A stretch of 64,000 nt of DNA. Source: Moniliella sp. 'wahieum'. Lineage: Eukaryota. Each line of letters opens with the position of its first letter. Position 1 is the stretch's first letter. The stretch is taken from assembly GCA_003971905.1 (NCBI GenBank), contig RSEE01000025.1, positions 1-64,000 of the forward strand, written 5' to 3'. A program made the position numbers and the translations under genes. The notes under the pieces were generated by a model. The model was not told the DNA's origin. It did no database searches and saw only the letters and a program-made list of their open reading frames with translations. Shown piece after piece: positions 14,203 to 26,506 of the stretch.

Positions 14203-15039
14203 TTAGTTGACTTTTTGCTTTTTGCTCGAGTCGTCCACGGGACCGAACCGCTCGGCACGGCGCTTGCGCGCCGCCTCTTCCGCGGCCTGTCGCTCCAGAC
14301 GAACTTTCTTTTCTTCCTCCTATACCAGGCAGATCCAGGAAGGTCAGAGGGAGGCGTCATCATAGGTGGGGGTAACGGGGGGAGACATACAGTTTCTGGC
14401 TTGACCGTCTTGGTCGGCGCCGGATTCGGGCGCCCGCCACGCTTGGGTTCGTCCGAGCGCGGTTCGCGTCCACGACGCGGGGCCGACTTGGCGGGGACCG
14501 GTGCCTCTTTGAGTCCCAGGCGGACCAATTGGTCGTTTGAAACGCCAAACTTGGTGATCCGCGTAATTTGTTTCTGGACCTCCTCCACTTGCTCGGGCGA
14601 CGAGCCGAATTTCTGCAGCCGTTTCAGCCGCTTTTCCAGCTCGGCCAACGCTTGTGCCTTCAACTCTTCCTGGGTGGGAGCGGGCGCGGCGGGTTCGGGC
14701 TCGGGCAGGTTGGCTTTCGCCGGGGCAGGGCAGAGGCAGGCCTCGGTCGGGGCAGCCGTGGTTCCTGCAGTGCTCTCTCGGCCTTGGGCTCTTGCGCAGG
14801 AGCAGATCCCGCTGCGTCATCGAAGGCCAGCAGGTCCTCCTCCCCTCCCCCGCAGCCGGGGTGGGATCGGCAGCGGCGGCGGCAGGCGCAGCAGGGGCAG
14901 CAGCCTCCTTGCTCTTCTCGTGCTCAATCAGGCGCGTTACCAGGTCGGCCTTGTTGCCTGACACAGGCAGCCCGGCTTCCTGCAGCAACGCCTTGAGCTC
15001 GGTGACCTTGAGCGCCTGCAGTTTGGTTTCGTCGACCAT
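14203..15039 (-). CDS. SAP-domain mRNP protein (Tho1/SARNP-like)
   Basis: N-terminal SAP domain LQALKVTELKALLQEAGLPVSGNKADLVTRL; repeated R..KFG/RAERFG motifs; intron 14320-14390; stop after ...KKQKVN. Confidence 0.85.
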
Positions 15040-15470
15040 GATGGGTGGTGGGGGCAAAGGGCAGGTGGTGGCGGGGGCAGGAAGAAACGAATTGCGGGGG
15101 CGGCCGCGTCGCGTTCGGGCTGGGTGGGCTGGCTGAGCGCAGCCTGGGCAGGCGTCCCTGGGGGATCGCGTCAGCATCCGTCCACTGAGGACTCTCACGA
15201 CGCGGGACTCCATCCAGGCATCCCTTGGCGCGCTAGGGTTGGCGCTCCCGGCCTGTGCGTGCAGGCGCTGGGTCGCCCCCTGCAGCCTGGCGCTCTGGCG
15301 TGCCCAAGCAAAGGCGACTGAAATGAAACGATGCACACACCCCGCGCAGGCAGGCGGAATGGCCGGGGCGGAACATAATTTTGAGGCAAGCTGTACTTTT
15401 TTGTCCCAACCGCCAGAAGCGGCGCCGCTGCTCTCTTCGCTCGCTCTCCCCCCCACACCTCCCCTTGGCC

Positions 15471-18400
15471 ATGCCGCCCAAGCGCGAACGCTACAACGCC
15501 AAGGCGCGCAGCAGTGGCGGTGGACACAGCCACAAACAGAAGCGCACGTCCGGAGGCGCGGCCGAGGCCGCAGCCGAGGCTGCTCGCGCAGCGGCCCATG
15601 CGGCCAAGATGGAGAACATGACCGCTTCTGAACGGCGTGCCCACGAGCTGATGCAGGACCTGGTCGTCCAAAACTCGGAACGCAACGGCGCCGCGATGAG
15701 CACCAAAAAGCGCAAGCGCTTCGAGGCCTTTGTTGCCAAGCAGATGAAAAAGGAAGAGCACAATGCCCTCCTCGCCTCCCTTGCCCAATCCAGCGCCGAC
15801 GTCCTCGACCGTTCGCAACTTGTTTCGTCTTCCACCTTGGGTACCGGACGGGTACGCACAGCGGCCGCTCGTCTTCAGGAGGAGAAAGATCGCAAATCCA
15901 ACCTCAAGCTCGCCCATGGTGCCCCTCGACAGGCAGGCATTACCACACCGTGGACGACGACCTCGATGCGACTTGGATCACGACGGTGATTCAGCCACGC
16001 CTCGCGTAGCGGGCGTTCACTCCGTCATCCAGGTTGCTCCTCAGGCGAAGATCGCGCCTGCCGATCGTCCTGTCGGCGAACAGCTTGAAGACCCTGCCCG
16101 GCGCGCTCGAATTGAAGCAGCAACGCGTGCCTATGCCCAGGCCGCTCCTGCTTCGGGCATTGCTTCTGCTCTCGCCCCCCAGTCGGTCCCAAATGCCGTT
16201 GGTTCTGCTTTGGCCGGGGCTGCCATTGTAAAGAAGCCCCGCCGAAAGCCGCGCAAACGTGCCAAACGTGCCGTTCCGGAACCGGAAAGCGACTTTGACT
16301 CGTCTGCATCTTCCTCGTCTGATGAGGAACAACCACCCGCTCCTACCAAGTCTCCTTCTCCCCGCCCGGTGGAAGTCAAGGGAAAAGGAAAGGCACAAGA
16401 GGATGAGCTGGACCAGGCGTCGGACGAGGATGAGCAGGGAAGTCAAACGGATGATGAAATGGACGAGGAACAAGATGCGGCGATTGTGGCCGAGTTGCTG
16501 CGCAGGGGGATGGACCCCAAAGATTTTGGCTTTGGTGGGTCGAGCGATGCCGAGGACCTTGATGGAGATGGTGACAAGAACCTTTCTTCCAGTAAGGCCA
16601 AGGACAAAGGGAAGGGCAAGGCTGTCTCGTTCGCTCCTTTCCCGATGAGGAGGAACAGGGTAATCAAACGGACGAGGAGATGGAAGAGGAACAAGATGCT
16701 GCCATTATCGCCGAATTGATTCGAAGAGGCATGGACCCTTCCCAATTTGGCTTTGACCCGCCCAGTGTCGACGAGGTGCCCAGCAATACCTCCAAGTCGG
16801 CTGGGCATGGTAAGGGCACGCTTAAACCCGTCACATCGGAGGAAGACGAGGAAGGCTATGGGACTCAGACTGACGAGGAGATGGATGATGAACAAGATGC
16901 TGCAATTGTCGCCGAGCTAGTCCGAAGGGGGATGGACCCAACTCAGTTTGGGTTCGACGCTCCCAGTGAAGAGAGCCAGAAGGACGCAGGCAATCCTAAG
17001 GCCGATGATGCGGATCGCGAAGACTCTCCTCCTTGGGAAGGATTCGCCAGTGAGGAAGAAGCGAATATGTCTAGCTCTTCCTCCTCATCTGATGACGAGG
17101 ACCAAGACGAGGACGGAGATGAGGAGGCACCTCAAAGCAAACCTACTCGCAGCAGTGGCTTCAAGGCCTGGGCTCAGCAAGCCTTGGCGTCCACTGGGAC
17201 AGGCCGGCCGGAGGATGCCGGCCCTGATGAGGACGCCCCCACTGAGGAAGGCCGTCCTCTGGAGCCAGTGATGGGTCTCAAGGTACGAGTTGGTGATACT
17301 CTTGCTCAAGACGGACGCGCTCACGGACCCCTGGGAGAAGCCGAAGGCCAAGAGGAGAAACTCTCTGCTTTTGGCAAGGCTCACTATGCGGAGTCGCAAC
17401 GCTTTCCTTCTGGCCAAGTCCTTGTCCCTCGTTCTGAGGCGGAGCAAGAAGCCCGTCTCAAGCTCCCTGTGGTGGGAGACGAGGATGCGATCGTCAAGAC
17501 CATCCTTGAGAACCCTGTGACGGTCCTGTGCGGTGAAACGGGATCGGGAAGACAACCCAAGTGCCCCAATTCCTATACGAGCGTGGCTTTGGCACTGGCA
17601 GTCGTACGTTCTCCTCGATTTCTCCTTGATGGCTGCAAATATTAACTACCTTGCAGAAAACCCGGGCATGATCGGTATCACTCAGCCTCGCCGTGGCGGC
17701 AGTTAGCATGGCAAACCGGGTACAGAGCGAGCTGGGTGGCGAACACGGTAAGCGGGTTGGGTACCAAGTCCGCTACGAGGGTAAATCATCCGATAAGACG
17801 GCTGTCAAATTCATGACAGACGGTGTTTTGCTTCGTGAACTAGCAACCGATTTCTTGCTCTCACGCTACTCGGTCGTTGTCATCGACGAGGCTCACGAAC
17901 GCAGCGTCAACACTGACATTCTCATTGGTCTCTTGACTCGGATCGTACGGTTGAGGGAGAAACAATGGCTTGCGTTTGTCAAAGAACATGACGGGAAGGC
18001 GAGCAAGGTCGCCAAGGATGCACCGCGACCATTACGGTTGATCATCATGTCGGCCACGCTGCGGGTCCAAGACTTTGTGGCCAACCAGAGCCTCTTCCCC
18101 TCTCGGGTTGGACCCCCTCCTGTTCTAGAGGTGCAGGGCCGACAACACGATGTGGCGATTCATTTCAACAAACGTACTTCCCACGATTACCTCGGAGAAG
18201 CTGTCAAGAAGGTATCTAAGATCCACACTCGTCTTCCCTCTGGGGCGATCCTTGTTTTCCTCACGGGTCAACAGGACATCGTGACGGTTGTCCGTCAGCT
18301 GCAGGCGAAGTTTGGCAAACAGGCCATCGAGCGGCGCAGGCAAGCTAGGGCGGATGCTGCGGAACGGGCCAAGGCAGCTCGCCAGCGGCTGGCTCGGGCG

Positions 18401-20321
18401 GGTCAAGAGGATGAATCGGATGACCAAGAGGACGAGTTAGATGCGGCCGAAGCGCATTTGACCGAGCTCGAAGCGGAGGAGGTTGCACTGGGGGACGATG
18501 GTGCTGCTGTTTGCCTACGGCCGAAGAGGAGGATCGCGCCCCTGACGATCCGGATGCGCTGGACACGGACGAGGAGAATGAGGACGGGGAGGATGCCCCA
18601 ACCAAGGTGGATCCTAGGGAAGAGACAGAAACTCCGATGCACGTTCTTCCTCTCTACTCTCTCTTGGCACCCGATGCTCAAATGCGTGTCTTCCATCCTC
18701 CCCCTGAGGGGGAGCGCCTGGTCGTCGTGGCGACAAACGTGGCCGAGACATCCTTGACTATTCCGGGAGTACGTTATGTGGTTGACTGTGGACGCGCCAA
18801 GGAGCGGACGTACGATCCGAACACGGGAGTACAAGGGTACAAAGTCAATTGGGTTTCCAAGGCTTCTGCCGCTCAACGGTCTGGTCGTGCCGGTCGTACC
18901 GGGCCTGGACACTGTTACCGCCTTTACTCGGCTGCGGTATTTGAAGACCACTTTGACCTTTTCTCGCCCCCGAGATCCAGCGGACACCTGTCGAGGCCGT
19001 CGTGCTCCATATGAAGGCAATGGGGATCACCAAAGTGCGCAACTTCCCGTTCCCTTCTGCCCCCCCTGATGAGGCCCTGGAGCGGGCCGAACGGCAACTC
19101 GTTCTTCTTGGGGCTTTGAGCCAAGCCGCCCCACCGAAGCTGGGTCAGCCGGCATTGACAACAATCACTGAGCCTGGGCGTGCGATGGCTGAGCTTCCCT
19201 TGGCTCCCCGACTAGCCAAGATGGTTGTGGAAGGCTACTCCCATAGCTCTCTCCTCATGTATTGGCTATCGTTGCGGCCATCAGTGTGGGGGACCCTTTC
19301 GTTCGTCCCGAGGGGCTTTACGCTTCGGAGGAGGAGCAGGAAAAAGAAAACCAAGACTCGGAGGAAGACGAAGTTCCCGAACTAAAGTCTGAGAAGGCGC
19401 AGCAGCAGCAGGCGCGAAAGGCGCTTCGCACGCGCTATGCATCTGCTATGCAGGCCCTCAACCGTGCCTATGGGGCTGGCACAAGCGACTTGATGCGTCT
19501 TTAGTAGCCGTTGGTGCGTACGAGGACGAAGGAGGCACCACCGCGTTTTGCAATGAGTACTTCCTTCGTCCCAAGGCCATGGAGGAAATTCACAAACTCC
19601 GTGCCCAACTGGGCCGGATCGTGCTGCAGCACTTTGCTCCGGGGGGAGACGTGAACCGTCTTCCTGACCGAGTCGTGCGGGATGTACTTTCCCCCTCGCT
19701 TTCCAAGGCGACTGTGGCGCAGGTTACCACGTTGCGCAAGCTGGTCGCCCAAGCATTTGCCGATCAAATCGCTGTGCGGGCGGATCAGGTACCCGACTCG
19801 GTACCGGAAGAGGGCATGGTGGCTCCCAAGGCGGGCAAGACCCAGCTGGCTCGTCGGATTCCGTACCGTGCAATGGGAGTCAAGGAATACGTCTACCTCC
19901 ATCCCTCGTCCGACTTGGCGCGCAATCCGGCGCCCAAGTGGATCGTTTTTACCGAGGCAGTCAAGGGTGCCAACAAGATGCGTGTGGTGGACGAGGAGAC
20001 GCAGGTGGTCGATGGACGTACGTTGCTCAAAGGCTTGACCAGGATCGAGCCGGATTGGCTCGTCTCGTTGGCGCCTCGCTTGGTTACTTGGGATCGGGCC
20101 GCAATTGAGTCGGCACCGCCGGACCAGGCTACGCTTGCTCGCGCTTTGGCTGCGGCACGCAACCCCCCGCCGGACAAAAGCCTAAATCGGTCACGCGCTC
20201 CATCTCGCGCACACCTCGGTACGCTGCTGGGCCTGAGTGGGCCCAGGGCTTGGGCTGGCCTTTGCCGCCCGTCAAGGTAAGCCAGCACCTCGTCAATGGC
20301 CGCTGGCAAGATGTCGAGTAA
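15471..20321 (+). CDS. DHR1: DEAH-box RNA helicase Dhr1/Ecm16 (DHX37), 18S rRNA biogenesis; frameshifted
   Basis: [14 protein letters not shown]-terminus; [93 protein letters not shown]. Intron 17604-17656. Confidence 0.95.
16444..16955 (+). repeat. Three dispersed 90-bp coding repeats within DHR1
   Basis: Copies at 16444-16533, 16665-16754 and 16866-16955 encode QTD(D/E)EM(D/E)(E/D)EQDAAI(V/I)AEL.RRGMDP..FGF. Confidence 0.9.
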
Positions 20322-20504
20322 GCCCCCACCGCCACTTGCGTACTCTCCACTATTACATGCGTTTTCTTGTCTGCATCTCCAAATTCGATATGTGGGCGGG
20401 TGCTACGAGATTAGAGTGAGGAAAGTTTTGGCAGATTAACGATTAACAGGACACTTGCGATGGGAAACGGTGCTGAACGTGAACGCGAGGAGCAGAGCAG
20501 ACAA

Positions 20505-23500
20505 CTAATTGTGCAGTGCCGGGTTGAGGTTGAACAACAGCGGCCAGGAGTTGAATTCGGGATCGCCAGCGACCATGGCTAAGCGCGTCGCGTCAGCATC
20601 CGACAAGCCCAGAAGTACTCCCGCGTCCGCGGCCTGTTGGGCGACGACCGACGCTTCGGGCAGACGCGGGTCCGAGGGCAAGTTGAATGTCTCGTCCACC
20701 GTGCCAAAGAAAGAGAGAATGTCCTCCATCCGTGGCACGGAAGGACAATGTCCCCGGCAAACGAGGGCGGAGGTGGCATAGAGGCCAATTCGTCCGCGGC
20801 AGCGTACACGTTGGGTAGATGAGACAGATCCGTACCGGCCGACGGAGAAGGGCCGCCCGCAGAGGCAGGCGAGGCACCGTCGCCAGTACCGCTGCCGGAA
20901 CTGCTGGCCAAAACAGGAGAAAGCTGGGGTGCGCCCGACATCATTTGGTACGGCAACGTCGTCCCGTACGGGAAAGCAGAGGGCGGAGGGCGGCTGGGAT
21001 GAGGGAGCCGACGGGGTTGGTGGTGGGAGTTGCGAGTGGGCCAAAAAGGTGTGCCGAACGGGGGAGCTGCCGAGGCGGGGAGCGGGGTTTGGGATGGCGC
21101 ACCTACCCCACCAGCGGCCTGGGCTCCCCTTGTGGGAAGACATGTGCCGAGTCAAAAGTCAGATGGGTTCGGCCGGGCACCACCAAGTCGCCGGCCCGTG
21201 CGTGGGGCAGTAGCGGCAGTTGCATCGTGGCAGCTTGAGATGTGGAGTCGGGCTCGGACCTCCTGCTCCGCTTGGAGGGGCGTCGGACAGGATGCAGGTG
21301 TCCGCGCGGGCGAAGAACGGTGCTATTGGAGCGGATCGCGGTATGGTGGGTATGGTGATGGTGACGGCTGCGCGCCTCGTTGAGCTTTTCGGCCAGAGCC
21401 GGATCGGAAACGGGGGGGCGGGTATGGTTCTGGCCCAGACGTTCCTCGTGCTTAAGCACTGTCGCGCCCACCTTGCGTAGCAGGATCGCATACACCCGAG
21501 ATAGGTGCCGTCCGTCGATGGAGACGTTCATCAATGCGGTGATGGCGTGACGCAGAATCGACGCGCACTGCAGCGGTTGCATCAAAGCGTCCGACAACTC
21601 TGCCGCTTGCAGGCACAGCAGCACCGACAGCACCAGATAGAGAAAGATTCGGGGTGGGGCACATCGCAAGCTTGCCAAGTCGACGCTAATAATGATCGCC
21701 AACGTGCGCGCAGCATCGACGGCCTCCTTGGCCATGGGGAAGGCGGCGCGGTCGGAAATCCCTGTTCCATCGCGTAGATCAAGTGTACCTTTGGAGGCAC
21801 GCGTAACCAAAGCGTCGAGTCCGATGCGAAAGAGAACCAGGCGGGTAAAGTGGTAGTGAATACGAATGTTGTATGCACGCATGCCTCCGCGGGGTAACCT
21901 GGAATCAAGAAATCGGTTGTTAGCCACTACACACGCATTGCACAGAAGACAGAAGAGACGTACCAATCTTGGGTTCGAGCCACTGTACCCAGTGGTCCAG
22001 GTCGGCTCGCAAGGGCCTTAAGAAGCCCTCGAACGAGTCGTTCTCAATCATGTTGTGACTGCGCGACTCGGACTCGTAAAGCAGCTCATAGGTGCGGCGC
22101 ATCTTGGCACCAGCTCGGCGTGGCCCCGCCAAGCCACCCATTTTCGTTGATCGTTGAGTTTGGGATCTTGGGCTGCCGCGGAGCCTACCAAGTCATCGGG
22201 AAAGGCCAAGTTGATGTTACCACGTACTAGATCACGACGCATCTGGATCACCTTATCCATCTCCGCTTGGGATGCCTTCTCCTGAGGGGTACAGGAGCAG
22301 CTGGGGGTGGAGGAGGATGAAGGGCAGGTTCCTCGGGAAGGAGGTAGGTGCGAGCCCGAATCAACTCCATCCACTCAGGCGACAGGCCGGCCGAGGTAAA
22401 GCGCCTCCCCAACCGGACCGAAAGGGAGGCCTCGATCTGTGTGCACGACATCCATACCTGCACCCGTCTCTCTGCCCGCTCAATTTCTTTGCGTGTAGGC
22501 GGTGGCCGGGAAGAGCGGAGGGAGGAGGACGATTCAGTGTAGAGGATGCATTGACATGCTCCACCTTGGGAAGGTCCAGTTGCTCGGCCAGCCTAACAGC
22601 ACACCCGACCAAAAGCCAAACCATACTGTCGTATCGATGGACGCTCGCCGCAAAACGTCCTTTTCCTGCGAACTGGACGTGCCCCCTTTGCCGATCCCAG
22701 AGGGTGCGTCACCCCCTGTCGAGTCGTCATGCATCTGCCATGTTCCCCACTCGCTTAGGATGAGCAGGCCCTCGATCGTGCCGATCGTATGCATCGACGG
22801 CTTCGTCAAGACATGTCCGGAAACTCATACGCATGTCTGGATAGATCAATGTGTTGCTGTCGTGATGGGATCACCCCCGGCCCAAAGGGACTCCATAGGC
22901 GCAAGGGGAGCCTCTTGCAGTGGAGAAGAGGGGCGCGCCTTCGGCTCCTCGGGTTCAGCGGTTTGAGGACTAGATTTTGGCCATCATCATCCCCCTGCCC
23001 GTCTGCTTGTTCGTCGGGGCGGGCGGCGTGTGAGTTTCTAACGAGTCTTCGGCCTGTGTCGCGTCCACGCCTGGCTTCTGGGTATGGGCATATCGGGACG
23101 AGATAGCCAGTATGGCGGACAGGAGAAGCTCCTCCTCCAAGACCAATCGGTGCAGACTTCAGGATCGACATGAAAGCGGGTGAAACGCTCCGAGCAAAGT
23201 GGAGAAAAGCCGTGGAGCTGGCTAAAGTAGTACCCCACCAAATAGTGTGCCTGTTCGGCTGTCACCAATCCACTTTGGACGGGACGACTGCGCGCCCAAA
23301 TCTCCAACATCGGCAGACGGGCGGGGAGGACTGACCATAGGGATCGTGAGCGCCGGCGGGTGGAGCCAGGCATGTCTTGATGCTTTTTCTCCGTGCTAGA
23401 TGTGTTTTTGTCAGTCGTGGTGTCGTCGGTTGGCACCGAGCGTATCGTGGGACGCTTGAGAGTATTGGATGGAGCTGACAAATGAGGCTTGTCACCTTGG

Positions 23501-24283
23501 CAAGAAGCGAAACCACTGGGATCTTCATTTACAGGGCAATCGTCATCGCCCCTGTGTGGAAGATCGCCTGACGAACTGGGAGCGGGAGATGCAGTGCCCT
23601 GTTCGGCCAATACACGAATCGCTCCGTAGAGCTGCTAAGTGATACGAGGGCAAGCGATGCAGAAGCCGTTGGACTAGCTGACGGGGCACGGGACCCATCC
23701 AGAGCCGAGGGGGGGGCGATGGGACTCAGAATCCGACGCGGCCCGCTGCCGAGGCTCGCTACCGGGCAGCTGGCGCAAGGGTGGAGGCGCTGGGGCAACA
23801 GAGGTTGTGCGCTGCGCAAGCGAAAGACGAGAGAGGAGAAAGTGAAGGTCCTCCTGTCGGAATATCGGAATAGGGCTCAGCAGACGAACGGGCGGCGATG
23901 GTGAAGCGCTCTGATGAGGGGTATGCGTTGATTGGCCGCCGTCTGGGAGAGGGTGGCGCGAGCCGCTGGCTAGCCCCCCGCGTGCCCGGCCACGGAGACC
24001 ATGTAAAAACGTACAGCTCCGACGCTCGCGGCGGCAGCGGCGGCACGGCGGGTCAAGGGGGTTCTCCACACTGCCAGGTCGCAGCGGACTTTGCGTTGGC
24101 GGCAGGCGTCGCAGGCCTTATAAGCGCGACGAAAGATGTGAGCAGAAGGGGCGGATGGCTTAGTAGTAAGGTGGATGCTTCCAGGAGAAGTGAGCAGCGT
24201 GGAATCTGCAAGCAACCAGATGAATCGGCGTCGTGGACAGCATCAACGGCGGGGTCCGCGACGGAGTCCACGAGGGCGTCCAT
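20505..24283 (-). CDS. Zn(II)2Cys6 transcription factor, Aro80-like; frameshifted
   Basis: RAYKACDACRQRKVRCDL..ENPLDPPCRRCRRERRSCTF closely resembles the Aro80-type cluster; middle-domain motif TIGTIEGLLILSEW; ends ...LFNLNPALHN*. Confidence 0.8.
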
Positions 24284-25024
24284 GGCGAGGTAGATGGCAG
24301 GCAAACGCCACGGCCAGGTAGAGAGGTTGGTGGTGGGGTTCCCTGTACTGCTCTTGCACAGACAAAGTGGCTGGCACAGGCTGGCTGCTGCTCGAAAAAG
24401 GAAGCAGGTCGCACCTGATGAACGTTTCAGAGGGAAAGACTGGCAAGGCGCCCAGGTCCAAGGCCGCAGAACTTGGCGGACCACGTGCAGCTCCACTTCT
24501 TCTGCCTGGGCATCACGCACCATGCACCCATCCTCCCAACGGCGATCCCCACTGGCCTCTGAGGCGGATCCTGAACAGGCTGGTTGGGGTCTAGTGACTA
24601 GTGACTAGCGACTGCAGGCACCCTGTAGGCCCGACCACCCGAAAACAGACGATGACAGATGCCAGCGGCCACTGACTGAAATGACGAGGTAGTGACCCCA
24701 GGATTGATCCATCCACTGCATTATGAGTGCACGAGGTGCTGCCCAGGCCTGCAGCAGAACGACGCCAAAACCATTGCACTACTGACTAACTTGGTACGGA
24801 TGAAGGACTAACAAGGTAGACAGGCAACTAGCTCAACTAAAATCGGTCAGACTTCCACATGAAGCATGACAATTTGTTCGAAGGTAGGTTGGTTAAGATG
24901 GGGTAGAATTACACATGTCGAAACGGGTATGCAGCGACGCGTCCCCGACCACATTGAGACAAAGCTTGCACATGTCGTGCGCAGTATTTTTGGGAGGTAC
25001 ACTCCCCCAAGAAAGATAACTACC

Positions 25025-25653
25025 TTAGTAGAAGTAGCCCAAAATCTTGCCACCCGCATGCTTGCGGCGAGCCTCCTCGTGGTCCATAATCCCAGCCGAC
25101 GTGGTCAGAACAATAAAGCCAAACGACCGAGCAGGAAGAAGGTTCTCGACCCAGTTCTCAATCTGGCCGAGCTGAACATTGAAACGGGGCGAGATGACGC
25201 CGCACTTGTTACGCGGCCATTGAGCTGGACAATCTTGCCACTGCGGTGGTCGTCAACCTCCTCAAACTCGCCAATGTAGCCTGGACACGCACCAAAAGTC
25301 AGTTTCGCGCTCAACACAGAAAAGCAAGAGAGATGTAGCCCAGTGAACACAGCGAAGAGTAACAAAGTACCCCCAAACTGTGCTCGCGGGCACTTGCACC
25401 AGAAAGGAGCAAGGGGAACATTGATCTCCCAAAGACTTAAAGATGAATGCCAGTAGAAAGGCTGACGATCCAACAGTTATAACTTTGGGGTGGGGGGAAG
25501 GGGACAAGGGGAATGTAACGCACCATGCTTCTGCATGACTTGCAAGAACTTGATGATGACCTTGGACGAGGGCCGGATCAACACCTGCCGCTTGCCGCGG
25601 CGCTCGGCGTTGACGATGGCGTTAAGGCAGTCGTTCAGAACAGAGACGCGCAT
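25025..25653 (-). CDS. RPS22: 40S ribosomal protein uS8 (S22/S15a)
   Basis: [44 protein letters not shown] | [56 protein letters not shown]. Coding intron 25281-25523; putative 5'-UTR intron 25656-25764. Confidence 0.97.
25331..25490 (-). ncRNA. Intronic box H/ACA snoRNA, snR44-like
   Basis: Minus strand: CCCAAAG..CTTTGGG hairpin, then H box AGATCA (25427-25422), a second hairpin GCCC.GAGCACAG..CTGTGTTC.GGGC, then ACA + 3 nt. The pocket UAUAACU/UUUAA lies 14 nt from the H box and is complementary to the conserved 18S sequence UUAAA-UC-AGUUAUA. Confidence 0.85.
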
Positions 25654-25883
25654 TTCTGCAACACAGCACACACAAAGAAAGAGAGGGCGCCCAGAAGGTA
25701 CACTGAGTCAGACGAGGGACTCGGGTGTTCTCCTGGACATTTGGGTATGATAACCAACGCTTACCGAATGGAGGACGGCGACAAGACGAGGTGAGGTGAG
25801 GACAGACGGTGGTTGGGAGGGATCGTGTGCGTCGCCGGACCTTAAGGGGCGCTTCCCAGCCGGCAGACGGGGGGCTGCGGCGT

Positions 25884-25930
25884 GGGTTTAGGGTTGGATG
25901 CTCTGGCGCAATAAATATGGGATAGGGTTA
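25884..25930 (-). promoter_or_regulatory. Two telo-box-like AACCCTA motifs upstream of RPS22
   Basis: gggtttagggtt at about 25884-25895 and atagggtta at 25922-25930, roughly 100-150 bp upstream of the first RPS22 exon. Confidence 0.4.
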
Positions 25931-26506
25931 TCCGCGCCTGCGTCCTGTAAGACTCAAGGGCAACCAAGGAATCATGCATCGCTCAGGCTGAGCACGTGTG
26001 CAACGTTCAACGTTCAGTTTGGAATGGGAGCTGCTGGCCAGACGGGCGGGATGTGATGTGGCCTGTGATGTGGGGTGTGGCATGGGGCGGTCGATTTGAA
26101 AGCAGCAGGGGGGGGCGCATGCAGCATGGCGGGTGGGAGACGCGCTGCCGGAATCGTCTGTGCGGGGCCCTTTTCATGCACGGGGCACGGCGCCTGTGGG
26201 AGGCGCGTGGGCGATTAGAAACGAGCCATTAGTAATGGCTGCACGGCGCCAGTGTGCTGGGCGCCGGGGTGCGGGGGGCGGCGGCGGCGGGGCGAGTGTG
26301 GGTGGGTGCACCGGCTGCCCGACGCACCCCAGCCGGTGTGTGCGCTGCCCGAGCAGGCTGAGCTCAGCGCTGCCGGAAGGAGCCGGGAGAAGAGGCACAG
26401 CGCGGGCAGCAGCGCACAGCAGAGGGCGTATATGCTGCCCGCCCCTCACCCTCTCCACCCGCTTCCACCGCCGTCGTCGTCCTTGTGCTGCTGCGCTGCT
26501 GCGCCC

